The position numbers and the translations under genes are program-made. From Gemmatimonadaceae bacterium (GTDB lineage: Bacteria; Gemmatimonadota; Gemmatimonadetes; Gemmatimonadales; Gemmatimonadaceae), in assembly GCA_040902005.1 (NCBI GenBank), contig JBBDYA010000045.1, positions 90,757 through 154,756 of the forward strand: a DNA stretch of 64,000 bases, given 5' to 3'. Numbering within the stretch: position 1 is the stretch's first letter; each line of letters begins with the position of its first letter. This document shows positions 20,208 to 29,617 of this stretch, one piece after another. The notes beneath the pieces were generated by a model. That model saw only the letters and a program-made list of their open reading frames with translations. It did not search any database and was not told the origin of the DNA.

Positions 20208-22034
20208 TCAGGTCGTGAGCCGCCGGATCGCCGCGTTGATCTTCACCCGGTGGTCCTCGATTTTCGCGGTGCCGCGAAGGTCCGACAGAAAGAGCTGCAC
20301 CCGCTGCTGCCTGAGTTGCTGAAGGCGCTGTTGCCGGAACGCGTCGCGCTGACTCTCGTAGGCGGCCCGGCTCGCGTTGACACGCCGATCGACTCGAACC
20401 ACGCGCACCGCGCTCTCGTCGCGGATCGGGGCGCTGACGGCGCCCACGGCGAGACCGAACGCCGCCCCCATGGCCCTCGAGTACTGTCCGAGTCCGGGAA
20501 CAAACGACGTTCTCGTGAAGGCCGGGCTCCTGGTGACCGTGAGGTTGCCGGCGGCGGCAGCGGATTCGAGACCGATGGCAGCCGCCCCGCGCGCGACCAG
20601 GTCGGCAACGGACATCAACTGGTCCAGTGAGCGCTCGAGCGCGATTGCCTGCCGGATCTCGGCTTCCGCGCGCGCCAGCGGCAGCGTGCCGCCGGGCACG
20701 ATGGAATCCAGCCTGGCGATCCAGTAGCCGTTCTCATCGTCAAACAACTCGCTGATTTCACCGGGGCGGGCACCACCGAACGCCCAGGCGCCGACGCTCG
20801 GAACGATCACCCCATTCAGCCTCGCCGGTTGATTCTCGATGACATCGGTTCGGCTGGCTCGCAGGTGCAGCTGGACGGCCGCCGTATCGAACCGGGTACC
20901 GTCCTCGAGTCCGGCCGCGATTCGCGCGAGTTCGTCAGCCTGACGGTCCGTGGCCGTGGCAGCAGAGTCGCTCTGATGCGGCCGCAGCAGGATGTGGCGG
21001 AGTGCGATTGTGTCACCCTTCCGCTCGTCCACGCGGATCAGGTGGTACCCGAATGCGGTCAACACCGGCTCGGACAGCACGCCCGGCCGCAGCCGGAACG
21101 CTGCGTCCTCGAATTCCGGGACGAATCGTCCCCGGACCCCGCGTCCGAGGTAACCGCCGTCGGCGCCAGACACCGTATCCACTGATTCGCGACGGGCCAC
21201 GTCCTCGAACGACGACCCCGTCCGAATCTCCTCGCGCAAGGCGAGCAGTTGCGTGCGCGTCGCCGCACTATCTGCCGGACCGATCACGCGCGGGATGTGC
21301 AGCACCGACAACCAGGCCTGGCCCGGTCGCTCGTATCGCGACGTGTTTGCCTCGAAGTAGGCCTGCACTTCGCTCGCTGGAATCGCGCCGGCCACCGCCG
21401 GGTCGGGCCGGGCAGTCCACGAGACGTAGCTCACTTGCGCCGTATCGTGCTCGTCCCGATACGAGCGCCAGAGATCCGCATCGGTGATGTATACCCCATC
21501 CGCGATCTGCTCGAAGAGCTTTTCCCGCGGAATCTCGCTGCGATAGTAGCTCTCGAGCGCGAGGAGAATCCCCTGCTGCCTCGCCTGTGGGCTGGCGAGC
21601 AGGCGCTGATACTTCACGGGATCGAACTGCCCCTCGGTCTGCAACTCGGGCGCGTTGTACATGAACGGGGGAGGGGCATAGCGGGCGAATTCGCGCAGTT
21701 CATCGTCCGTGACCGTGATTCCGCGCCTGCGGTACTCCTGCTGCAGCAGCACCTGCATGATCATTTCGTCGAGGGTCTGGTTCTCGACCTGCCGCACTTC
21801 GTCCTGCGTCAGGGCCCGACCCGTCTGTTGCTGGTTTTGCAACGCCTGGGAGACGCGCTGCTGCCAGTCGGAATACAGGAGGTCACGACCATTCACCTCC
21901 GCGACGGCGGTGGTCGGCGTGATCTGGGAGCTTCCTATGAGGCCGGATGAATCGACCAGCAGGAAGCCACCCACAAAGGCGATGATGATGAACAGCCAGA
22001 TGTACTTGGCCGCGCTCCGCATCTGATACAGCAC
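20208..22034 (-). CDS. SurA/PpiD-family peptidyl-prolyl isomerase
   Basis: N-terminal TM anchor, SurA N domain, parvulin motif FEDVARRES...GGYLG...FVPEFEDAAF...FGYHLI; GGAG RBS. Confidence 0.85.
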   Translation of the reverse strand: MLYQMRSAAKYIWLFIIIAFVGGFLLVDSSGLIGSSQITPTTAVAEVNGRDLLYSDWQQRVSQALQNQQQTGRALTQDEVRQVENQTLDEMIMQVLLQQEYRRRGITVTDDELREFARYAPPPFMYNAPELQTEGQFDPVKYQRLLASPQARQQGILLALESYYRSEIPREKLFEQIADGVYITDADLWRSYRDEHDTAQVSYVSWTARPDPAVAGAIPASEVQAYFEANTSRYERPGQAWLSVLHIPRVIGPADSAATRTQLLALREEIRTGSSFEDVARRESVDTVSGADGGYLGRGVRGRFVPEFEDAAFRLRPGVLSEPVLTAFGYHLIRVDERKGDTIALRHILLRPHQSDSAATATDRQADELARIAAGLEDGTRFDTAAVQLHLRASRTDVIENQPARLNGVIVPSVGAWAFGGARPGEISELFDDENGYWIARLDSIVPGGTLPLARAEAEIRQAIALERSLDQLMSVADLVARGAAAIGLESAAAAGNLTVTRSPAFTRTSFVPGLGQYSRAMGAAFGLAVGAVSAPIRDESAVRVVRVDRRVNASRAAYESQRDAFRQQRLQQLRQQRVQLFLSDLRGTAKIEDHRVKINAAIRRLTT

Positions 22035-22136
22035 GGGGCGTTACTCCTCGGAGGGGTGGTGCAAAAAAGGCGATGGACGAACATCAAAAGCTATCCGGCA
22101 ACAGCAGCTAAAATCAAGTCGCGACGTGACTTCTGA

Positions 22137-22166
22137 TTGACTGCCCGCGTCTGCGGGATGTATCTT
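22137..22166 (+). promoter_or_regulatory. Putative sigma70 promoter for the 22208 operon
   Basis: TTGACT-18 nt-TATCTT in a divergent intergenic region. Confidence 0.5.
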
Positions 22167-22207
22167 CAGGATCCCTTCGCCTCGCTCGCGCTCTCACAAA
22201 ATCGCCC

Positions 22208-24238
22208 ATGGCGAGCTCTGCCCGCATCGACGAACTCCGCAAGAAATTCGAGGAAAACCCGCGGCGCTATTTCGCTCCGTTGGCGAACGAGTACCGCAAG
22301 GCGGGGGAAGTCGACCAGGCCATCACGATCTGCCGCGAGTACCTGCCGCAGCAGCCGGGCCACATGAGTGGTCACATCGTGTACGGCCAGGCGCTGTACG
22401 AGTCGCGCCAGTTCGAGGAAGCGAAGGCCGTGTTTGAGACGGCGCTCTCCCTCGATCCCGAGAATCTCATCGCGCTGCGCCACCTCGGTGACATCGCGCT
22501 GATACTTGGTGATTCGGGCGGTGCACGCGCCTGGTACCGGCGTGTGCTCGAGGCGGATCCGCGCAACGAGGAGATTCAGGCGCAGCTCGCCTCCCTCGAC
22601 CAGGCGGCGTCGCAAGCGCCGACTCCGGCGGTGGGCGCCGGCGCTCTCGGTGCCGCCGCGTCCGCGACGGGGGGACGGACGCCTTCATCGGCCGCAACGG
22701 TTGTGCTCAAGGCAGTACCCAGGCCGGGCGCGGCGCCTGCCGCTCCCGCCGCCCGTCCCCAGCCGCCAACAACAGCCACGAGTCCCACGGCGGAGATTGT
22801 CGTGGACGCGATCGTCCCTCCCCAGCCTGAATCCCTGCTGGTGCAGGGGCTCGATCTCGGCGTTCCTGCAGAACCCTCGACACCGGCGCTTGAGGGCCTC
22901 CAGGCCACGGCCGCAGCGGGCGCCGATGCACCACCAATGAACTCGTTCAGTCTCGACGGGTTGGAAACCACGTCGTTCGCTGCTGAAACTCCGAGCGATG
23001 CGCCGTCCCCGGTCGCGGCACCGCCGCCGGACCTCGACTTCGGCGCGGCGGCGGCGGCGCCAGCCTCGTCGGAGCGGCAGGATCCGCCAGCGCCGATGCC
23101 TCTCATGGATTTCGGGACCCCCGACCCTGTACCGGTGGCGTCGGACGATCCCGCACCCCTGGATCTCGAGCTGGGTTCGCTCGATGCCCCGCCCCCCCCA
23201 GTGGTCCCGTCCAGCCCCTCGGCTACGGCTTCCGCGGAGCCCTCGACGGTGCCGGAGTTGGATCTCGACATTCCAGCCCCCCCTCCGCCGCCACCGATGG
23301 AGATCGATCTGTCACCACCCTCGGGTCTGGCGATGGAACTCGACCTGCCGGGGGCTGGGGCATTGTCACAGGCGCAGCTGACTCCGTTGCCGGAACTCGA
23401 GATTTCGGGGGCTCCGTTTGTCGCGCCGGCTGACGAGTTGGAAGTCGTCACCCCGGCCACGCCCGCGGATGTGTTCGCGGAGGTGTCCGCGCCGCAGTCA
23501 GAGGCGCGGGACGCCGACCCGTTCCTGACGCAAACGATGGCGGAGTTGTACCTCCAGCAGGGGCATCGCGAGGAGGCGCTGCGCGTGTACCGCGCGCTGT
23601 CGGCAGAGCGTCCGGATGATGCCGAGCTGCGGGACAAGGTGGAGCGGCTGGAACGGCCAGAACCGCCGCCGCCGACCGCTGGGCAGGAGATAGCGCCGGC
23701 CGCGACTCGCCAGGTCGAGCGCGGAGGGCCCACGATCCGGGACGTGCTGCACCGCATCGCCCTCCGCCGCCCTGGGTATCGGGCAGAGGCGCCCCAGTCC
23801 GGATCGAATGGCAACGCCGTCGCCCCGATCGCCGCGGCGTCCCGGCTGCCGAATCGCATGGGGGGAGATGCGCTGGCTCCGGCCTTCGGCTTCACCTATC
23901 CGGGAGAATCCGACGAACGCGCCGCAGTGGCCCTGGCACTGGCGTTTTCTTCGAACGGCGCCGGGAACAGCGCCGATGAGGCATCATCCACGTCCGGCGC
24001 GCCGGCGCGAACTGCGCCGAACGAATTGACGCTGGACAGCGTGTTTGGCGCCCAGCCGCCCGCTCCCGCCGCACAGAGCTTCTCGTTCGACCAGTTCTTC
24101 TCGCGTCGGGCGTCCGCGGAACACGCGGTGGGCATGGGCGAGGGGGGGGGGGGAGGGGCCATCGAGCCGGGCGCCGCGGAATCACAGGCGGACGCCACCC
24201 AGTTCACGCAGTGGCTCGAGGGGCTGAAACGGCGGTGA
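22208..24238 (+). CDS. TPR protein with long Pro/Ala/Asp-rich linker
   Basis: N-terminal TPRs (FAPLANEYRKAG...DPENLIALRHLGDI), internal TQTMAELYLQQG TPR, C-terminal FTQWLEGLK. Confidence 0.7.
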   Translation: MASSARIDELRKKFEENPRRYFAPLANEYRKAGEVDQAITICREYLPQQPGHMSGHIVYGQALYESRQFEEAKAVFETALSLDPENLIALRHLGDIALILGDSGGARAWYRRVLEADPRNEEIQAQLASLDQAASQAPTPAVGAGALGAAASATGGRTPSSAATVVLKAVPRPGAAPAAPAARPQPPTTATSPTAEIVVDAIVPPQPESLLVQGLDLGVPAEPSTPALEGLQATAAAGADAPPMNSFSLDGLETTSFAAETPSDAPSPVAAPPPDLDFGAAAAAPASSERQDPPAPMPLMDFGTPDPVPVASDDPAPLDLELGSLDAPPPPVVPSSPSATASAEPSTVPELDLDIPAPPPPPPMEIDLSPPSGLAMELDLPGAGALSQAQLTPLPELEISGAPFVAPADELEVVTPATPADVFAEVSAPQSEARDADPFLTQTMAELYLQQGHREEALRVYRALSAERPDDAELRDKVERLERPEPPPPTAGQEIAPAATRQVERGGPTIRDVLHRIALRRPGYRAEAPQSGSNGNAVAPIAAASRLPNRMGGDALAPAFGFTYPGESDERAAVALALAFSSNGAGNSADEASSTSGAPARTAPNELTLDSVFGAQPPAPAAQSFSFDQFFSRRASAEHAVGMGEGGGGGAIEPGAAESQADATQFTQWLEGLKRR

Positions 24239-24675
24239 AAATCGCCGTGCTCAACGGTCCAAACCTGAATCTGCTCGGGCTTCGGGAGCCATCGGTATAC
24301 GGCACGGAGACGCTGGCCGACATCGAGCGGCGTCTCGCGGTGGTCGCGCGGGAGCTTCGCGTCGACCTCGAGTGCTCGCAGCACAACGGCGAGGGCGAGC
24401 TGATCGACCGGATTCACGCACTGCGGGGGACGGCGCAGGGAGCGTTGGTCAACGCCGGCGCGTACTCCCACTCGAGTCTCGCCCTGCGCGACGCTCTGGT
24501 CGGTATCTCGCTGCCATTCATCGAAGTGCACCTCACGAACGTGTTCGCGCGCGAGCGGGAGCGGCGTCGCTCCATGCTGGCGAGTGCCGCGGTGGGCGTC
24601 GTCTCCGGGCTGGGCGCCTTCGGCTACGAGTTGGCGCTCCGCGGGCTTGTGGCGCACCTCGCGGCGCGTGGTTGA
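24235..24675 (+). CDS. aroQ: Type II 3-dehydroquinate dehydratase
   Basis: LNGPNLNLLGLREPSVYG, NAGAYSHSSLALRDA, EVHLTN; GTG 24235. Confidence 0.95.
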   Translation: MKIAVLNGPNLNLLGLREPSVYGTETLADIERRLAVVARELRVDLECSQHNGEGELIDRIHALRGTAQGALVNAGAYSHSSLALRDALVGISLPFIEVHLTNVFARERERRRSMLASAAVGVVSGLGAFGYELALRGLVAHLAARG

Positions 24676-25756
24676 CCAGCGGCCGCGCAGAATCGCGGCG
24701 CTGGTCGACGGGTTGACGGGAGCGCACCTCGACGGCCTGCTGGTCACCGGGGCCGCCAATGTGCGGTATCTCAGCGGTTTCTCGGGCTCGAGTGCGATGC
24801 TGCTGGTGACGCCGCGGGAAACGCTGCTCATCACGGATTTCCGGTATCAGACGCAGGCGGCGGACGAGATCGGCGACCTTGCCCGGATCGTGATCGAACC
24901 ACAGAGCCTGTGGAATGGCCTCTGGCAGCACCTCGGACAGCGTGCGCATCTCGCCGTGGTGGGGTTCGAGTCGGCGCACCTGGTGCATCGGGATTTTCAG
25001 CGTCTGCTGGAAGCGGGTTCACGCTGCCAGTGGCGACCGACGATGGACCTGGTCGAGGCCCTGCGCGAGCGGAAGGACGTCGGCGAGCTGGCCTTGATTG
25101 GCGAGGCGGTCGCGGCGGCGGAGCGCGCGCTGAGGCTGGCGCTGGAACAGACACGCGCGGGGATGAGCGAGCTCGAGGTGGCGGGGGTGCTGGAATCCGC
25201 ACTGCGGCAATCCGGAAGTGATGGCTTTCCCTTTCCGTCCATCGTGGCGTCGGGGCCCAATGCCGCGCTGCCACACGCGCATCCAACGAGCCGGGAGCTG
25301 AGGGCTGGAGACTTTCTTCTGCTCGACTTTGGTGCGCGCGTGGGCGGGTATTGTTCGGACATTACGCGGACGTTCGTCGTTGGGCGCGCGTCGGAAGAGC
25401 AGCGCGAGTTCTATGGCGTGGTGCGCGCGGCCAACGAGCGCGCGATTGCGGCGGTGCGGCCCGGGATGAGTGGGCGGGATGCCGACGGGGTGGCGCGGGG
25501 CTACATTGAGGACCGCGGGTTCGGGGATCTGTTCGGGCACAGCCTGGGGCATGGGATCGGGCTGGAGGTGCACGAGGCGCCCCGGCTGGCCAGGACGGCG
25601 GAGGGCCCGCTCGTGCAGGGCGCAGTCGTGACGGTGGAACCTGGTCTCTACCGGCCGGGGTGGGGCGGAGTGCGAATCGAAGATGACGTGCATCTGGGCG
25701 CCGACGGCGCAGAGGTGCTCACGCGCTTTACGCGAGAGCTGATCGAAATCGGCTGA
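24668..25756 (+). CDS. Xaa-Pro aminopeptidase (M24B)
   Basis: YCSDITRT, HSLGHGIGLEVHE, TVEPGLY, GVRIEDD. Confidence 0.9.
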   Translation: MVDQRPRRIAALVDGLTGAHLDGLLVTGAANVRYLSGFSGSSAMLLVTPRETLLITDFRYQTQAADEIGDLARIVIEPQSLWNGLWQHLGQRAHLAVVGFESAHLVHRDFQRLLEAGSRCQWRPTMDLVEALRERKDVGELALIGEAVAAAERALRLALEQTRAGMSELEVAGVLESALRQSGSDGFPFPSIVASGPNAALPHAHPTSRELRAGDFLLLDFGARVGGYCSDITRTFVVGRASEEQREFYGVVRAANERAIAAVRPGMSGRDADGVARGYIEDRGFGDLFGHSLGHGIGLEVHEAPRLARTAEGPLVQGAVVTVEPGLYRPGWGGVRIEDDVHLGADGAEVLTRFTRELIEIG

Positions 25757-25791
25757 CGCGCGTCGCGGCGCTGGTACACGCAACGGGGCCT

Positions 25792-26301
25792 ATGATCGAC
25801 CTACGCTACGTGAAGAAGCTGATCGAGATGATCGACGAGTCCTCGGTGGACTCGGTGGAGATCTTGACAGAGAAGGGCGTCAAGATCCGGATCGCGAAGA
25901 GTCCCACGCAGCGGGGCGGGGTGGCGATGGGCGCGCCCATGCATCTCGCCGCCATGATGCACGCCAGCATGGCAGACTCCCGGGCGCCAGCGCTCGCGGG
26001 CTCGCCACCTCCGGCCCCCGAGGCGGTCGCGCCCGCGCGGGCGGAGCCAGCGACCTCGCTCCTGGAGGTGAAGTCCCCCATGGTCGGCACGTATTACACC
26101 GCGCCTGAGCCGGGTGCCAAACCGTACGTCTCGGTGGGGGACCGCGTCACCAAGGGCAAGACGCTGTGCATCATCGAAGCGATGAAGATCATGAACGAGA
26201 TCGAGTCCGAATACACCGGCGTCGTGAAAGACGTGCTGGCGCAGGACGCACAGCCGGTGGAGTACGGACAGGTCCTTTTCCGGATCGATCCCAATGGTTG
26301 A
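25792..26301 (+). CDS. accB: Acetyl-CoA carboxylase biotin carboxyl carrier protein
   Basis: SPMVGTYY, biotinylation site IEAMKIMNEI, VEYGQVLF. Confidence 0.95.
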   Translation: MIDLRYVKKLIEMIDESSVDSVEILTEKGVKIRIAKSPTQRGGVAMGAPMHLAAMMHASMADSRAPALAGSPPPAPEAVAPARAEPATSLLEVKSPMVGTYYTAPEPGAKPYVSVGDRVTKGKTLCIIEAMKIMNEIESEYTGVVKDVLAQDAQPVEYGQVLFRIDPNG

Positions 26302-27472
26302 CGCCAGCGCCGCGCCCGTTGGCGGGACACCACCCGAGGCGGGGACCGCCGGAGCATCGTTCAACTTCAAGGCGGTGCTCCAGCAGCTCGTGCAGATGGG
26401 CGCGTCCGACCTGCACCTCAAGGTCGGCCGCCCTCCGACCGTGCGTCTCAACGGCGACCTGATCGCGCTCGACCTGCCCACGCTCAAGCCCGAAGACCTG
26501 AAGACGCTGGCCGAGCAGCTGATGAACCCGAAGCAGGTGAAGCAGTTCACCGAAGAGAAGGAGTGCGACTTCGCCATCGGGGTGCCGGGGATCGGACGTT
26601 TTCGCGTGAATCTCTACCAGCAGCGCGGCTCGCTGTGCTACGCGATGCGGGCGATTCCGTACAACACGCAGCGGATCGAGGAGTTGGCGCTCCCGAAGGT
26701 GCTCGAGGAGATTGCCCTGAAGCCGCGCGGCCTGATCCTCGTGACAGGCGTGACGGGGTCCGGGAAGTCCACGGCACTCGCGGCGATGATCCAGCACATC
26801 AACGACCAGCACAAGGCCAACATCATCACGATCGAGGATCCGATCGAATTCCTGCACCGGGACATCAACTGCCACATCAACCAGCGCGAAGTCGGCACCG
26901 ATACGGCGACGTTCGCGCAGGCACTGCGGCGGGTGCTCCGCCAGGATCCCGACGTCATTCTCATCGGGGAGATCCGGGATCTCGAAACGCTGGACGCGGC
27001 GCTCAAGGCGGCGGATACGGGACACCTCGTCTTCTCGACGCTGCACACGATGGATGCGACGCAGACCATCCAGCGCGTGCTGTCGTTCTATCCGCCGCAC
27101 CAGCAGGCGGAGGTGCGCTTTTCGCTCGCCAACGCGCTGCAAGCGGTGGTCTCATTGCGGCTGGTGCCGCGGGCGGACAAGCCCGGCCGGGTGCCGGCGT
27201 GTGAAGTTCTCATCAACACGGCGGCCGTGCGGGATCAGATCCGCGACATGCAGTCGTCTCTGAACATTCCGGACCTCATCAAGGAGGGCACGGTACAGTA
27301 CGGCATGCAGTCCTTCGACCAGTCCCTGATGCAGTGGTACAAGCAGGGCGTGATCTCGTACGAAAGCGCGATGTTCTACGCCACGAGCCCCGCGGAGTTC
27401 GCGCTGCGCATCCAGGGCGTCGCGGGAACGAGCGACACGAGCTGGAACTCGTTCGAACAGGCCAAACGCTGA
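26294..27472 (+). CDS. Type IV pilus retraction ATPase (PilT/PilU family)
   Basis: ASDLHL, Walker [51 protein letters not shown]. Confidence 0.92.
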   Translation: MVDASAAPVGGTPPEAGTAGASFNFKAVLQQLVQMGASDLHLKVGRPPTVRLNGDLIALDLPTLKPEDLKTLAEQLMNPKQVKQFTEEKECDFAIGVPGIGRFRVNLYQQRGSLCYAMRAIPYNTQRIEELALPKVLEEIALKPRGLILVTGVTGSGKSTALAAMIQHINDQHKANIITIEDPIEFLHRDINCHINQREVGTDTATFAQALRRVLRQDPDVILIGEIRDLETLDAALKAADTGHLVFSTLHTMDATQTIQRVLSFYPPHQQAEVRFSLANALQAVVSLRLVPRADKPGRVPACEVLINTAAVRDQIRDMQSSLNIPDLIKEGTVQYGMQSFDQSLMQWYKQGVISYESAMFYATSPAEFALRIQGVAGTSDTSWNSFEQAKR

Positions 27473-27491
27473 CGCCTCCCGTCGCACCCGC

Positions 27492-28856
27492 ATGTTCAAG
27501 AAAGTCCTGATTGCCAACCGCGGCGAGATCGCGCTTCGCGTGATTCGCGCGTGCCGCGAACTTGGCATCCAGACGGTTGCCGTGTATTCAGAAGCGGATC
27601 GGGAGTCGCTGCACGTGCGCTTCGCGGACGACGACGTCTGCATCGGCCCGCCGCCCAGTCGCGATTCATACCTGCGGATTCCCCGGTTGATTGCCGCGGC
27701 AGAGATCACCGGCGCGGACGCCATCCATCCCGGCTATGGCTTTCTTGCCGAGAACGCCGAATTCGCGGAGATCTGCACCGCCAGCAACGTGACCTTCATC
27801 GGGCCCACGGCGCACCAGATTCGCGTGATGGGCGACAAGGCGGCCGCGCGGCGCGCCATGACAGAGGTCGGCGTGCCGATCGTGCCGGGAAGTCCCGGGC
27901 CCGTCGACGATCCCGAGCAGGCGCTGGTGTTCGCCCGATCCATCGGATTCCCGGTCATCATCAAGGCGGCGGCCGGTGGTGGGGGCAAGGGGATGCGGGT
28001 GGCGCGCGACGCTGACGACTTCGGGCGCTCGTTCCAGCTGGCCCGTTCCGAGGCCCTTTCGGCCTTTGGCAACGGGGACGTGTATGTCGAGAAGTACCTC
28101 GAGCGGCCGCGCCATATCGAGTTCCAGATCCTGGGCGACCAGTTCGGCAACGTCATTCACCTCGGCGAGCGCGATTGTTCCGTGCAGCGACGCCACCAGA
28201 AGCTGATCGAAGAGGCGCCCAGTCCAGCCGTCACGCCGGCGCTCCGCGAAGCCATGGGCAACGCCGCGGTGGCGGGCGCGAAGGCCATCAACTACGTAGG
28301 TGCGGGCACGATCGAGATGCTGCTCGACACGGACGGCTCCTTCTATTTCATGGAGATGAATACCCGCATCCAGGTCGAGCACCCCGTCACGGAGATGCTG
28401 ACCGGCGTGGACCTCGTGAAGGAGCAGATCCGCGTGGCGGCGGGGGAAAAGCTGTCGGTCATGGAGCTGCCGCCCCTGCGTGGGCACGTCATCGAGTGCC
28501 GCGTGAATGCCGAGGACCCGTACCGCAACTTCCAGCCGTCGCCGGGGAAGATCACCACGTTTCACCCGCCCGGCGGGCCGGGCGTTCGCATCGATTCCCA
28601 CGTGTATGCGGGCTATACCGTCCCTCCCTATTACGATTCGCTCATCGCAAAGCTCATCGTGCAGGGGCGCGACCGCGCGGAGGCGCTCATCCGTATGCGC
28701 GTCGCGCTCGAATCCTTCGTGGTCGAAGGGGTGACGACGACCATTCCGTTCCTTGCGCGGGTCATGCAGAATGACCGCTTCGCCCGCGGCGATGTAGACA
28801 CCAAATTCCTCGAACGCGAGCCCGAACTCTTTCGGGATCTGCGGGAGGCTGTCTGA
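27492..28856 (+). CDS. accC: Acetyl-CoA carboxylase biotin carboxylase
   Basis: [50 protein letters not shown]. Confidence 0.96.
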   Translation: MFKKVLIANRGEIALRVIRACRELGIQTVAVYSEADRESLHVRFADDDVCIGPPPSRDSYLRIPRLIAAAEITGADAIHPGYGFLAENAEFAEICTASNVTFIGPTAHQIRVMGDKAAARRAMTEVGVPIVPGSPGPVDDPEQALVFARSIGFPVIIKAAAGGGGKGMRVARDADDFGRSFQLARSEALSAFGNGDVYVEKYLERPRHIEFQILGDQFGNVIHLGERDCSVQRRHQKLIEEAPSPAVTPALREAMGNAAVAGAKAINYVGAGTIEMLLDTDGSFYFMEMNTRIQVEHPVTEMLTGVDLVKEQIRVAAGEKLSVMELPPLRGHVIECRVNAEDPYRNFQPSPGKITTFHPPGGPGVRIDSHVYAGYTVPPYYDSLIAKLIVQGRDRAEALIRMRVALESFVVEGVTTTIPFLARVMQNDRFARGDVDTKFLEREPELFRDLREAV

Positions 28857-29602
28857 TGCGTGTGGACGTGTTCTTCCTGCCGCAGGAAGTGACACCGGCG
28901 GATGTCGCCAGCCGACTCGTCGCCGTGGTGGACGTGCTGCGCGCGTCCACGAGCATTGCCGTCGCCCTTGCCAACGGCGCCCGGGCCGTCATCCCGCTGG
29001 CGAGCTCGGAGGACGTGGCCGCCCGCGCGAAATCCCTGGAGCGCAGCGAAGTGCGGCTCGCCGGCGAACGCCGCATGAAGCCGGTGCCCGGATTCGACCT
29101 CGGCAACTCCCCTCTGGAGTTCACGAAGGAGGCGGTGGAGGGCAAAACGGTCGTCATGAGCACCACCAACGGCACGGGGACCATTCTCGCCATCCAGGGG
29201 GCGCGTGACGTGGTGATCGCGTCGTACGTCAACTTCTCGGCGGTGCTGTCCATGCTGCGCTCCGCGCTCCGCGGCGGGACGGACGTCGCGATCGTCTGTG
29301 CCGGCCAGGAGCGCCGGTTCGCCCTCGAGGACGCTGCCTGTGCCGGGCTGTTCGTTCAACACCTCACCAGCAAGCACACCAAGGCCGAGATCAATGATGC
29401 CGCGCAATCGGCCATTCTCATCGACAAGAAGTTCGGCACGAACTACAAGCGCCTGCTCAAGGCCTCGGCGCACGGCGTCGCGCTCGCTGACGCGGGATAC
29501 GCCGCCGATCTCGATGCGTGCGCCGATCTCGATTCCCATCCTGTCGTTCCCGTCTACCAGGACCGGCAGATCACCAGGCTTGGCCCGGATCGCGCGCGCT
29601 GA
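28856..29602 (+). CDS. 2-phosphosulfolactate phosphatase (ComB) family protein
   Basis: VDVLRASTS, LAGER, FDLGNSP, STTNGT, FALEDAACAG. Confidence 0.88.
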   Translation: MRVDVFFLPQEVTPADVASRLVAVVDVLRASTSIAVALANGARAVIPLASSEDVAARAKSLERSEVRLAGERRMKPVPGFDLGNSPLEFTKEAVEGKTVVMSTTNGTGTILAIQGARDVVIASYVNFSAVLSMLRSALRGGTDVAIVCAGQERRFALEDAACAGLFVQHLTSKHTKAEINDAAQSAILIDKKFGTNYKRLLKASAHGVALADAGYAADLDACADLDSHPVVPVYQDRQITRLGPDRAR

Positions 29603-29617
29603 GGCGGGCAGTGACGC

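Noticed and set aside
28856..29602. ComB as a sign of coenzyme M synthesis
   Set aside because: ComB-like phosphatases are widespread in bacteria, and no comA, comC or comDE is present.
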